From positions 124,001 through 188,000 of the forward strand of contig AP026134.1 of assembly GCA_030295235.1 (NCBI GenBank): a DNA stretch of 64,000 nucleotides, written 5' to 3'. This document shows, piece by piece, positions 1-13,117 of this stretch; the first letter of the stretch is position 1; each line of letters begins with the position of its first letter. Made by a program: the position numbers and the translations under genes. The notes beneath the pieces are model-generated. The model was not told the DNA's origin and searched no databases. It worked only from the letters and a program-made list of their open reading frames with translations. The stretch is from Fistulifera solaris (lineage: Eukaryota).

Positions 1-3000
1 CTTCGGTGGACACAATTTCCAGTTGTTGGGTTCCTTGTGTCAAAGGTGCATTCGCGTAAACGTACGTCCATTCGTCGCGTCGGGTCGTTAGGGGCAAGGT
101 ATCAATTCGTGTCAGCGACACTCCATTGGACAATAGTTCCAATCCTCCACTGCCATCCATACTCGACACTTTGAACAAAAACTCGTACGTTCCGGTCGAT
201 CCAACTTCCACTTTGTAGGACGCTGAATCGCCTTGATTCAACCAGCTGCCTTCCTCGGTCACACCCACTTGTTGCAGCAAACAGTACTCGTCGCGTCCCA
301 CACGGGATGGTTGCGTGGGGTCTACATAAATGAGAGCGGCAGTGTCACATCCCGATCCACCACCACCCAATAAGGATCCCAAAAAGGAAGGATTGCGTGT
401 GCATAGGGTCAGGTTGGTGTTGTTGGCCAGTGACATCAGAGCCAGGACTCCGTCTTCGGCTTTGAAGGTCGAATTGGTATTCGTTGTGGCATTCAACGCC
501 AAAACTTCGGCAAAAACATCGGTGGACACGGAAGGCGTTGCTGCTGCCAAATGATCCATCAGATCCTTATAAAGATCTGTCGCTGAAACGGAAAATGCGC
601 TAGCCGATGAATCTAACATCTTCCAGGTCCACCAGGACCAGCTCGTTTGTGTCTCTTCCAACTCTTCTACAGCTTCCGCATTCCAGGTGACATCGTAGGA
701 ACCCGGTTTAAAAAAAGAGAGGCACATTGTAAGACTCGCTGTAATTGGTAAAACGAACTAATTGATCGGTGAAGTTGGCCTCTCCTTCGTCTTGAAAGCC
801 AAGAACCACGTTTTGGTCGTCCATTGGCCACAATCCGGTGTGATGGCTTCCGCCACAATTCCCGTTGATGACAATCATGTGATTCTGATCGACGGCACGA
901 ATGGCATCGATGGCCTGCATATAGAATGATTTGAGCTCAGCATTGTCTTCCTCCCAGCATGTAGCGTTGGTGTCGTTGGAAAATGTCCAATTTACGGCGC
1001 TGAGAAGTTCATATCCGGCAATCCAGGGATTTTCGGAATAGCGGTAGGCCAATGCTTGCCACAAAACAAGGGCTTTGTATTGATTGTCGGGGCTTTCGAA
1101 TAAAGCAGGCCGAGAAGCGTTGTAGTCGGTGATCGACATTTCGCGGGATTGACCGCCCGGCGCCGCTTGTAAATCTAACATCACGTACACTCCTTCTTCG
1201 GAACACCACGACAGAAGGTCGTCTAGCAATTTGAACCCAGTGCCAACCCAGCTCGTCAGTCCACGAATGGGCTCGTCTTCCACCGATAGAGTGAACAGTT
1301 CGTAGTGCATTGGCACGCGGACAAGATTAAAACCGATCGATTTCATCTCTTTGATATCTTGTCGAGAAACGAAATTTGCAAGCCATCTCTGCTTAAACTT
1401 CGCATGATTGTCGCCACCAACAATACTTTTTAATTTTTGATGATATACACCTGGAGATTTCGCGAATTCGTCCGCCAGCATCATGTTGGGCTCTTGAACC
1501 ATCCATCCGCCCAGTGATATACCCTTGAATTGTACGGCGAAGCCATCTGGATCTACGACGATTTGCTCGTATGCGCGGACAAATCCAGTCGGATCCGTTT
1601 CACTCTCCGTAAATGTTGGTACTTCTTCAATCTTGAGCCACAGTAGACTCCAGCCGGGCTCTGTTGCAAGAATTTGTAAATCGAAGGAACCTCGTGGCAG
1701 GTCCACGAATCGAGTGACAGTTCTCCAAGTCATCCAGTTTCCTGTTGCGGGTAAATCATCATAGGCGGCAAATGTTTCTTGAGTCTCATAATTCATCATC
1801 TCAAAAGCACCTTCTCCCTTGGGACTCGAAATGCGCATTTTCACCGCGTATCGTCCGCTGACGGGAAGCTGCAGGGGATAAGCCACCCAGTTGCCGGCAT
1901 TCATCATTTCGACATCCATCTCGACACCTTCCTTGTAACTGTAGTCTGTTGCATCGAATGTTACTGAATAGATGTCGACTTCATTGGCAGTTAAGGTTGT
2001 AGGCACAGAAGTGGGTTTGGACGGAGAAGCATTTGATTCAGGCTCATCTTTCTTGACGGGAGCTTTCGTGGGAGGAACGGGATCCCTTTCCTTGACGGGT
2101 GCTTTTACGGGGGCATCGGGTTCCCTTTCCTTCACGGGAGGTTTAACGGGAGCTTTTGTTGGACGATCCGGTTCCTTGATGGGTGCTTTAATGGGGGCAT
2201 CGGGTTCTCTTTCCTTGACGGGAGTTTTCACGGGGGCATCACTGGGTGCCGATGTCGGCGGAGACCTTTCTGGAGTAGGCTTGGGTGCTCGGACTGGAGC
2301 CTTGGTGGGAGAATTACTAGGTGCAGATGTCGGCTTCTCGTCCTGTTGCTTCGGTGGCTTCTTTTCTCTAACAGGAGACTTTGTGGGATCACTGACTGGA
2401 CTTTTGGTGGGAACATTAATCGGTGACTTGGTAGGACTATAAGTGGGTGTTTCCGTGGGACTGTGGGTTGGTGATTGAGTCGGGGTTGCCGTAGGCGTTT
2501 TGGTTTTGGAACTTTTTTTCTTGGTGGGCGCTTTCGTGGGGGCCTCATCTTCATTCAAGTCAATAATCAACTTGAGCGAGATCCATTGCATATTCCATCC
2601 AGATTCTTTTGAGCGAATTTGTAAAGTAAATTCCCCTTTTGGTAGCTCCACCTCCTTACGGACTGTCTTCCACGTTTCATAATCTCCCGTCTCCGGTAAT
2701 TTGTCGAATTTACTGTATATTTCGTTCGTATTTTGATTGACCAATTCAAAGGCTCCATCCCCTTCTGGACTCGCAATACTGAGTTCAATTTCGTACGTTC
2801 CCGTGACCGGGAGTGCCACCAAATAAGCCACCCAATCACCATCTTCCAACCATCCCACTGTCTCGGAGCCTTCCGCCGTTTCCATTTGCATACCGCCTTC
2901 TATGGCAACGAACTGGTCCGCCGCGATTTGTGTCGAAAACCCTTCCCCTACTACTTCATCGGCGACAAATTCTCCCACCAGAGGCCCATCGATCGTATAT

Positions 3001-3101
3001 TCTCGGGTTTGAATGGATGACCGTATGAGCGGTGGCGGTAAGGATACCGCTACCGCTGTCGGCACGACGAACGCCCATCCCCACAGAAGGAGTCGTGTCA
3101 T
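1..3101 (-). CDS. Secreted CBM6 - Pro/Thr/Lys linker - CBM6 - GH5-like TIM barrel - CBM6 protein (3' end beyond window); catalytic glutamates appear lost
   Basis: ATG at 3101 (MTRLLLWGWAFVVPTAVAVS, signal-peptide-like). Two CBM6-like units (GW..GDW..Y...P..G.Y...SP.G.G.F...P.TG.W..W.TV...V.LP.G) flank PTKAP repeats. GH5-like motifs follow: GISLGGWMVQEP, GFNLVRVPMHY, LDLQAAPGGQ. Correcting an indel in the homopolymer at ~707-717 continues the frame to WSWWTWK and a third CBM6-like unit running off the window edge. Confidence 0.88.
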
Positions 3102-3811
3102 ATTTATGAGTTTATGAATCGATTGTTCCCCCTTTGCCGTTGTCGTCAATGCTGTGGTAACTTGTCGAGCGTGTTGTAGGTGTCGGAGGGATTTTCAGTG
3201 AGAAGGATGGCAAAGTATTGTTCCGACGGGAATCTGAAAAAACAAAAGAAGTGAAATGCGTTTTGTTGTTGGTTTGAAACCCATTCGAAGTCGTTTGTGC
3301 CCCGTTCCCCCGTTTTCGTCCACTTTTTTTTTTTTTCTTCGTTGTCTTCGCGAACCTCAAAGTAAATTGATTATCAAGATAAAAGTAGTAGTCATACGAA
3401 TGCGATAGGGCTTCGCACTTTTCGCACGAATTATATTTAGCAAGTGAAATGGTCTGGTGGCCAATTTTCTGTACAGACCGACAACTTCGTTGGCCCAATG
3501 CGAAATATTTTGGCACCTAAACAAAACAACAAACACGAAGGCATTCGGCATTCCATTTCTACGGTAGAATTTGGAATACGGAATTTGCAATAGCGATACT
3601 TATTAGAACGAGAAACGGGCGACTGGCGAACGCGGGGCGGATGAGTTTTGCGTTTTGCGGTTTTTGCGACCGATCGACGAAGTCGGAACCATGGAGGATG
3701 CGATGTTTTTGGATGATGATGATTCAACAACCTTCATTCTTTTGCTCGTCTTTCTGTTCCTCTTGTTCTATCTTTTTACCTTCCATGTCTATATAAACGA
3801 AATATTTCATT

Positions 3812-5760
3812 ATGTTGCAAGGACGGGGCTTCATTCGTTCTTCCTACAATCATTTTGCGTCCCGAAGTAGTAAAAGGCTTCGATGCTGTGCCCATCATTA
3901 TTTTGAAAACGCTCCTTCTTTCTCTTCTTCTTCATTTACATACCTACAAAACTCTCGGTGTTTTACGTCATTCGCTCCAATAGTGCAAGATACTACTACT
4001 GATGCGTCAACATCGAAACAATCCACCAACAATTTATTTCCATTACTGAACGAACACGAACGAACCTTACTGCAAGAGCAAAAGACATTACCGACCGCGC
4101 TCGAGCACTCGCACATCGTGTGGGGATTCCGATCTTGAATGATCACAATTTATTACAACAATTGGCCACGTTTTCCGTCGTCGTGGCGGGAGAATACAAT
4201 GCGGGGAAATCGTCCTTGATCAATGCCCTCCTGGGGGAACCGCGATTGCTTGAAACGGGGACATTGCCGACCACGGATACCATTGCCATTCTGTCGGCCT
4301 CTCCACCACCCGACAACTGGGATCATTCGGTACACTTTCATCATTTGCCGCACAATGCATTTTTACAAGACTTGACGTTGGTCGATACACCCGGTACGAA
4401 TGCGATTCTCACACACCATACCGCACAAACCCTGCGATTGTTGCCTTCGGCCGACTGGATTCTCTTTGTCACGTCGGCGGATCGACCCTTGTCGGAATCT
4501 GAACGACAATTATTGGAAGTCATGGCCAGAGATTACCGAAAATCCATCGTTCTCGTCATTAACAAAATGGATATTTTGGACCGGGCCGGGGGATGGCACG
4601 GAGCGGAAGAGAAGCAAAAGGTTGTGGATTTTGTGCAGACCAATGTGGCCAGTTTGCTCGGGGCGCGGCCCATGGTGATACCGGTTTCGGCCCACATTCC
4701 GAGTCAAGTCGCGGTCTTGTCCCAATTTTTGAAAGAAACACTTTCGCATCACACCAAAATACAATCGAAACTCACCAGTCCGTTGGGAGTGGCCGAAACG
4801 TGGGTGCACCAGTGTTTGACACGCGTCACCACCGAGCGCCAGGCCTTGCGCGATCATGCGGTGACACTCCAACTGGTGCAAAGTCACGTAGAAGGATGGA
4901 AGAAGGAATCGAAAAGTGAAATGGAATTGATACGTATGCGGATGGCAAGATATTTACGAACGCAACAAGGAGATCGAGCTCATTTGTTTTTGAAGCATTT
5001 AACGGTTTGGCAATTCTACAGCTTGGCCTTTCAATTGGATCCGGTGGCGTGGGATCGCACCGGTCCGCTGGCCAGTAGTAAAAGTTCGGTCAAGAGCAAC
5101 GATCCAGCCCGCGACGATTTACAGCAAATGACCTACGAAGCGGCATCGTCTTTGGCCACGAAAACTCGAGCCCAAGGCCAAGCTGTCATTGAGTTGTTGG
5201 GACATCGTGCCTCGTCGAATGCGCCATTCTCACTGGTGGGACATATTACGGCAGCATCCCGTTTCGAGGAAACACACGAGCGGATTCGAGAGCGACTTGA
5301 GCTAGTATTGCAACGAACCATTCATGAAGAAGAAAATACCAATTTTTACGGAGACTCCTTTCAACGCACACTTTCTCGCTTGGCCTTGGCATCGATCGGT
5401 TGGAATGCGTTGTCTCTTGCCGCTGGCTTGTTGTATTGCGAATGGCAGGGATTCGGAATGGCCAGTGCAAGTGTCGCCGCAGGTACCGCCGTATTGTTCA
5501 GCGGTCGCTCCCATGCAGCGCAACACTACGCTCAGATCTGGCACACCAAGGCGGACCAGTTGGAACAGGATTTGCAGGCAGTTTGGGAGGAAGAATTGGA
5601 GCGTCTGGAACGTCAAACTGTTCAAGGCATTTCTCCCTTTCAACGATTTGTGCAGGCCGAAGAAGAACGTTTAAATGAATTACAAACCGAAGCGGATAGT
5701 ATTTTACATGCTTCACAGAAACTGCGGTATCAAGTGAGCCAAGAAGCACCGAAAGAATAA
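3812..5760 (+). CDS. FZL/bacterial-dynamin-like GTPase with possible mitochondrial presequence
   Basis: G1 GEYNAGKS, G2 LPTTD, G3 DTPGTN, G4 NKMD. FZL-like motifs ADWILFVTSADRPLSESE and KLTSPLGVA, then a C-terminal hydrophobic hairpin and coiled coil. ORFs 3812-4138 and 4120-5760 join with one extra A at ~4080-4083 (QKDITDRARALAHRVGIPILN). Confidence 0.85.
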
Positions 5761-5899
5761 AGAAGGAATAGGTTGGGATAGGCACTTCGGCTTTTGCTTA
5801 CTTAATCAGTACCGGTGCGAGTTCAGGTTATATGAAGAACCATTTTTTTGTCTCTTCCTTCGTTGAAAGACAACAACAACAACAACAATAATAATAACG

Positions 5900-6742
5900 A
5901 TGGAACGATACCAAGTCCACAATGACAAGAGCCATCCTAATTTATGTTTCTTCCTTCTTGAAAGCGATCTACAACATGGGAAACGACTGCTTTCGAGCTG
6001 ATGCCGTTTTTGCACCGTTTTTGATTCGTGGAAACGATTGGAAACGGACCGAAAAAACGGGACTTGTCATTCTTTCGTTACCCACAAATCGTGGATGTCC
6101 ACGGAATTGAAATTCTGGGCCGTGTTGATTGATTTATTCTCACAAATCGCCACATCGTGCGCCATTCGTGTGACATACATTGCAATGACCTCGACCATGA
6201 CATTCGGTCTTTCGGAGGACACGTCCTTGACCGACGTTGACATGCTCTTTTTCTTTTCGACGCTCAACGACATTGGTCCCTTTGCCAACCTGTTGGACAA
6301 CGACGACGACGATGATGAAGTAGAAGAGTATGCCTTTTTGACCCGCGGTGTGTTGCAGCACCGCACTTTCACCATTCCTCCCCGAGACGACTCCTTGACA
6401 ACGACCGACGTCTCGGCCATGTCTATTGGGTCGACCGATTACGAAGAATACGAACGCTTGTTGGATGACGGTCGTCCCATTGCACAACCCTCTCGTGAAC
6501 GGTTTGATCCCCGCATTTGCACGATCCGTATCACGACGCAAGTCGAGGTTACGATCGCCAACAATGGTGTCGTGACGCTTTACAACGATCAGGAGGTGCT
6601 GACATTTTGTGCCGCCTTGACGGAATACGATGCCTCGTGGATCTTTTACATTTGCGCGCCAGATGAAATGGCCGTGGTGGTGACGAGTAGTACCGTCGAA
6701 GAAACCTTGCGGTATCTCTTGTCGTCGACGAATGAGTCTTGA
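5900..6742 (+). CDS. Hypothetical protein; start uncertain (ATG 5900 with in-frame TGA at 5999-6001, or a later ATG such as 6095/6185)
   Basis: 234-codon ORF with an acidic patch. The upstream ATG follows a CAA-rich leader and is in frame apart from one TGA. Confidence 0.5.
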
Positions 6743-7244
6743 GTCTGTCCAGATATTGGGGGATAGTCAAGAGAATAGAAATAATCAAAGAACTAGATGT
6801 TAGAATGAGTTATGAGGAGCTAATACGATGTAGTTCTACCTTGACAAGTTCGTAATGCACTTTTATAGGGCTAACAGGCGCTGGATTGCTAGATCGTTAA
6901 TCGTGGTTTAACACGACTCATAATAAGTCATATACTCCTTTGCATACTACGTAAACCAGGTAAAGCAGAAGTTCTTGTTTCACACAATTGCTACAAAATA
7001 TCTATTGGTGTCGCACTACGTATTAGTTTCGCCTTTGAATGACACGCCAAGGAACACTATACAAAGTAGTACTCTAATGTAGCTCGGAGTGCCAGTAGGG
7101 CTTGAAACTGTTTTAGCACGTTTTCGTTGTTTTTTGCGGTCAACGTGAATGCTATAGAGATGCATTCTTATTTTGCAGGTTAATTAGTAATATCTTTTGA
7201 ATCTTTCATGAGCAATAATGGAATAGAATACAGCAATATCATTC

Positions 7245-10225
7245 ATGGATTCAATCATACACCAATTTTGTGCGGAGCAACGGGAATTGTTGCAACAGGA
7301 ATTGTTACAATCCGAAACATCCCAGCAGGAGCAACAAAATGTGTTGCACGGGTTACAAGTTCACGATTTATCGGTGGGATTGTACGGACGCACGATTGTT
7401 TGCCTCAGTAAGCACACACAGTTACCGGCGCATCGATTTACGACGGGAGATGAAGTTGAAATTCGTGGCAGAAATAGTACTTCGACCGTTGGTGGTGTCA
7501 TTCATCACGTCACCGAGGAAACCATTTCGGTGGCGTTGTATAATACAACAACTACTTCTAAGAAAAGCAGCACCAAAGACACGGCGAGTAATGACGATGA
7601 CGAGGAAGATGTCGTAGGATCACCCCCGTTTTCCCTTTTGCCGAAAAGTTCGATCGAAGTGCATCAAAAATTAGTGAATGCCTTACAAGAACTCGAACAG
7701 CACGGAATCGATCATCCGGTCGCGGGGACCGTCATTCAAACAGTCTTTGCACCGACGACGAATTTACCAACGAATACCACCACGCCTATACAACCAGCCA
7801 CACACTTGGACGACAGTCAACGTGAAGCAATTCAAATGGCCTTGCAACAACCTTTGGCCTTGTTGCATGGGCCACCGGGGAGTGGGAAAACCACGACGGT
7901 CGTCGAACTCATTCGGCAAGCTGTTTTGACTCACAAGTATCGTGTTTTGGTGACGGCACCGAGCCATGTGGCGGTTGATCAAATTCTGTCGCGTCTCGTC
8001 GAGAAACAACCACAACAACCCAAATTGCAAGTGGTACGATTGGGACATCCAGCACGGTTGCAAGCGGATCTCTTGCCGTACAGCCTGGAGGCTTTAGTCC
8101 AAGCGGCGGACGGCACGGAAATCGTGCAAGATGTCCGACACGAACTTCAGACATGGTTGCGACGCGTCAATCGTCCCCAAACGAAATACGCCGACAAAGT
8201 CACCGCACGAAGGGAAATGAAATTATTGCGACAAGAAATTAAACAGCGAGAACAAAAAGTGGTGCACGATTTATTCCAACGCGCGAACGTAGTGCTGACG
8301 ACTTGTGTCGGAGCCGCCAATCGTTTGCTGTCCAAGAATACCTACGATAGACCGTTCGATTTGGTTATTATTGATGAAGCGGCACAATCGTTGGAGGCGG
8401 CTTGTTGGATTCCGATATTGCGAGGATCGCGATTGGTCTTGGCGGGAGATCATTGCCAATTACCACCCACCATTCAATGTAATGATCCTCGTGTCCAACA
8501 AAAACTAGGTCATACGATGTTTGCCAGGATTATGAAACTCTACGAAACCAATCCGCAGCAAATATCACGAATGCTCAAAGTGCAATATCGGATGCATGAG
8601 ACCATTGCGAACTGGGCCAGTGAAGCCTTGTATCATGGTGAGTTGACCACGCACTCGACTGCACAAGGACGGACCTTGGCGACTCTACCCGGTGTTTCAC
8701 TGCAAGATGACGACGAAAAAGAGTTGGCGCAAATGCCTCTGTTATTGATCGATACGGCGGGTTGTGACTGCTACGAAAGCACCAATGCTGCAGGATCGCG
8801 ATTCAATTTAGGGGAAGCCCACATTGTGCAGCAACATGTACGACGACTACTGGACATGGGAGTACCGGCGTCGCAGATTGCGGTCATTACTCCATACAAT
8901 GGACAAGTCGAAGTACTGAAAAATATGGACATGGCCGTGGAAATACGGACTGTCGATGGCTTTCAAGGAGGAGAGCGGGATGCGGTAGTTTTGAGTTTAG
9001 TCCGCAGTAGTCCCCAAAAGGGATCTTCGATTGGCTTTTTGCGCGATGATCGTCGATTGAATGTGGCCGTCACTCGAGCCAAGCGGCATTGTTGTGTCGT
9101 GGCGGATTCGGAAACGGTTTCATCGAGTCCGTTTGTCAAAAATCTCATTGAATGGATTGAGCAACACGGTGAACAGCGTTCTGGTATGGATTACATGACA
9201 GATGACACAAACACTCAACTTGGTCAGGATTTGCTTGAGGCACAACTTGAATTGCAGCAATACTTACTATCTGGCGCAAGCACACAAAATGGCGACAACA
9301 AAAAGAAGGTCGTGTACACCGGTTCAGTCAACAATAAGAAGGACAAGGTGACATCCGTCGCGGAACGTAACGCTTTACTAGAAAGAGTTCGCACGTTTCA
9401 CAAGACTGGCAAGGCCGGCGATGTACTCTCACTGAGCAAAGAACTTTCCAACGGAGACCGACATGCGGTGCATGAGCTTGCCGAAGAAATAGGTCTCCTA
9501 CACATCAGTTCTGGTACCGAAGGTATCGATAGGCGGATGAATGTGTCTATTCCCTTGCCTGAATCGAATGCATCAATTCCGCTACCTGAGCCAAAAATAA
9601 ACGGTGATCTCACTTCAGCTGAACATTTGGGACAACATAATATTGATACAACTACTGTCACTGTCGATGATGTGGTTGAGACTGAGGGCATGAACCTACA
9701 AGTTCAACGACTCGTGCGTTTCACGTTTTGCAAGGAGATGACGACGACGACGAATCCGCGTCGGGGGATGAAAAGCCAATTACTCTCGTCGAAACTCAAA
9801 TAACTTTGAATCATCCACTAGGTTTGCTAGCGAAGGAGCGCGAGCAGCGAGAAAAGGATCGTAAAGCGCAGCAAAAAGCTGGTACAGTCACTGGGAACAA
9901 AACCGGCAAGAAGACGAAAAATGGAAAGAAAGTCGGGAGTTCGATTACTTCCAAGCAACGCGATAACAAGGATGATAACGCGGATGAAAATATTGAAGAT
10001 GACATGGTCTTTCTGGACGCTCAGATTAACAAAGTGCAAAACTCTCATGGTCGCACAGTAATAGGAAAAGGATCTAACTATCGTACTATCGTGAACGGGA
10101 TTCTCTTGGCAAAACCCAAACCAGTCGGAAAGAAAAGTGATCCTCGCGCTGCATCCGCGTTGCAAGCCAAGCTGAAAGAAGCCGAAAACAATCGCAAAGC
10201 GAAGGCGAAGCCGAAAAACAAGTAA
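7245..10225 (+). CDS. IGHMBP2: IGHMBP2/SMUBP-2-like SF1 (UPF1-like) helicase with R3H domain
   Basis: HGPPGSGKT, TAPSHVAVD, IIDEAAQ, LAGDHCQLPP, QYRMH, ITPYNGQV, TVDGFQGGE, RRLNVAVTRAK, and R3H-like DRHAVHELAEEIGLLHISSG. One missing G at ~9687-9689 joins it to ORF 9728-10225. Confidence 0.9.
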
Positions 10226-10320
10226 ATCAAAGATTGACTAAGGACACGGTTGCCTATTTTGTATTTACATATATTCATGGGAGAGCACCGTTCGCAAAAA
10301 TGCATCGTGCTTTTGGCCTA

Positions 10321-11880
10321 TTAGGATTCACTCTTCACTTTTGGTTGTTTCCATCGTTGCTCCAACCGATCTGCTCGACGCATCCCCCACGCCGCTACAA
10401 CGCAGGGTGCAATCAGCGCCGTGTAAATCATATTCGTGATAAAGAAATCCCCGTCGTGCCGTTGAATGGCCAATCGCGCCATGGGGATATTGAGGAACGA
10501 TGCAATTCCCGATATCATATACAACAACCCCGACATGCGTCCCACCATATCCGCCGAAAGCAAGGTGGGCAAATACGAAAATGTCACACCAAAAAGAAGG
10601 ATCGATAAAAGGAAAACAAAACAAAGCCGAGAATTTGAACATTGAGATTGGTGCTGCTCACCCGTATCACCATGGAACCCAACGACAACAAGTTAATGAA
10701 TTGAAAGGCGCCCGGATATCCAAATTTCCGCAAGGCCCAATCCACCGCCGGTGTCCCTACCAGTGACACGGGTGTGAGTAAGGTAAAAATACTCAAATAT
10801 CGGTTGTCCAGAGCGTCATCTCCCAAATGCGCCAAGAAATCGCGTGTCGTGGTCAAGGTCCATAAATTGATGCCGACTTGAATACCAAAAAAGATTAGTA
10901 ATAAAACAGTCGGATACGCCATCAACTGTTGCGTCGGCGACCGTAATGCGACCAACACGTAATCTTGTTCGGGAGGGTCAGTAGTAGCAGTAGTAGGACT
11001 AAGTGGTTTCGAAGGAATCATCGTCACCGTCATTGTCGTATGTTCCTCCGAGAAGTGGGTGTTTCCTTCGGCTCTTTCTTGTCGTTGACGACGGCTCGTT
11101 TCGGTTTCATCCATCGGTAACGATACATTCTCTTCTTCGTTTTCTTCTTCTTCTTTTTTGATTTCTTCCGGTACCGCGACATACCAAAAATACAATCCGG
11201 GTACAAATAAAAGGACAGCAATGCCCAGATACACGGCCAGAACTCCCATCAATTCCAAACCAGCATATTCCGCTAAACTCCACAAGATCCAGTAGGTCAT
11301 GGCACTGGAATCAAACAAGGCATTGAGGACGATAATGACCCGATTCCGCATTTTTCCTTGAAAATACAAGCCGGTAGGAACCATTAACAATCCTCCACAC
11401 CACGATCCCAAAGCCAACAGAATGAATCCTCCATAAATGAGATGATCCGATAAGGCGAATTTAAGTGTTATTAACAAAAGAAGAATTCCTGATATTACAA
11501 ATGTCACCAATACACCAAACGTCGGAAACGGACCGTACCGATCCAACACATATCCCCACACTGGTGCCGTGACTTGCGTAGCGGAGGCAACGAAATTGAC
11601 TTGAATCAATTTTGTGGTTTGTTGTGTCTGACATACTTCTTCTTCTTCTTGTCCTCCTCCTCCTCCTGTCGCTTCTGCCGAAGAAGAACAACCAAAGATT
11701 CCCGCTTCTTCTAACAACAATTGCATCGGTCCCCATCCAAAAATCGCACCCACAAAGAAAAATGTCGACACAACGGTCAAGGTCAACAATCCACAGCGAT
11801 GGAATTCGTCTTTTTCATCTTTATAGCAAGACTCTTTTCTTTTTCTCGTTATGGACCTACCATACCATCCACATGCGTTG
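10321..11880 (-). CDS. MFS transporter, SLC43/LAT3/FMP42-like; start approximate
   Basis: About 12 hydrophobic segments with GAIFGWGP, GYVLDRYGP and LNALFDSS. An indel at ~10591-10596 joins it to the TFSYLPTLL...GRMSG C-terminus. The true start is unclear (the ORF extends to 12107). Confidence 0.8.
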
Positions 11881-12272
11881 TCGAATGCATAATAATATAA
11901 TGATGATGATGATGATTCTGTCTCCTTTTGTCGAAATCCCTTTATTGCCACCCTATTTTTATATGCTTCCTTCTGGTTGGGTGGAAGTTTCGGCGAGATC
12001 GCGTTGTAGTCGAACCGGTACCCATGAACGGGACGGACGACGGACCGAAATATGTTCAAGAGCTCGAAGGAGGACACGACGTGTTCGAACCTCGAGCGCC
12101 ACAACAAAGTAAAACATCAACGAGTCGCACCTTTCTCTGCCACTGTACGACTTTTATTTTCATTACAGAGTTTCCAAAACACTGCACTCTTCGAACGAAA
12201 TCATCATCATCATAATCATCATAACGCTATATCTTAAAATTATTTCTTAATAATAGTAATAAAAGAAAGACC

Positions 12273-12553
12273 TTAATCCGACTTGTTGTTCGTGTTGGTT
12301 GGTGGTGATGTCACCGTAGGATGATGGCTCGCCGTACGCCGCACTTTTTGTATTCTTGTTCAAAGAATGACAATGACAGCAACAAACCACCCGATAAGAA
12401 GGATAAAATGAGCATATGAATGCGGGCAACATCGAAGACGGCGGCGGTGAGACAAAGGAGCAACAAGAACGCAATGACGGTTCTCACAAAGGGCAAAAGC
12501 ATAACACCACCGCCCGGTTCCAAAATCTGGCTCATGAATGAAGAAGATGTCAT
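12273..12553 (-). CDS. Small two-TM ER protein, Pkr1-like V-ATPase assembly factor
   Basis: MTSSSFMSQILEPGG-TM-RIHMLILSFLSGGLLLSLSFFEQEY resembles the Pkr1 family pattern (IFEPG...IH...LS..L..S..F..E). One missing A at ~12345-12349 gives the C-terminus ...TNNKSD*. Confidence 0.65.
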
Positions 12554-12758
12554 TATGTTTTTTGTTTGTTGTTTGTTGTTATTGTTGTAGAAACAAGTAG
12601 AAGAAAGGAGGAAAACGATATTGTGGGTGGTGATTGTGTGGTGCTCTTCCAAAACCGAAAGAGAGCAAAAATGAAACCAATAAAACAAAACAAGGAAAAA
12701 CAACAACGACAGACGTGGCTGGCTTGCAGCAACGGACAAAATGATGCAACGGTCCTTT

Positions 12759-12805
<47 letters not shown>
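12759..12805. repeat. (TCTG)n microsatellite, about 11-12 units
   Basis: Directly visible in the divergent intergenic region between the Pkr1-like gene and PRORP. Confidence 0.97.
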
Positions 12806-13117
12806 CCACAAACGCAACTCCGAACCAATCACGGATGATACGGAAGACGGACAGATAGCGCAGTGATGTTTTTTTTACGGTAGAAGTACAAGTATTTCTC
12901 TTCTTCCGATTTTGTGTTCTAGTGTGGATTGTTTTGTGCTTGTCGTTATTTGTTACTCATGTCCTTGTCATTTTCTTCTTCTTGCTTGCATCGTCGAGAG
13001 AATTAACAAAGCAATCAATCCTATCAATAATCCTCGCAACGAAAGAAAACAAGCAAAAAGAAGTCGAGAGATACAATATTCCATGAATCAACAGCATTTG
13101 TAGAGAGTCAATTCGAC

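Noticed and set aside
12311..12838. ORFs with RQTD/CLSV repeats
   Set aside because: Translation artefacts of the (TCTG)n microsatellite upstream of the real ATG at 12553.
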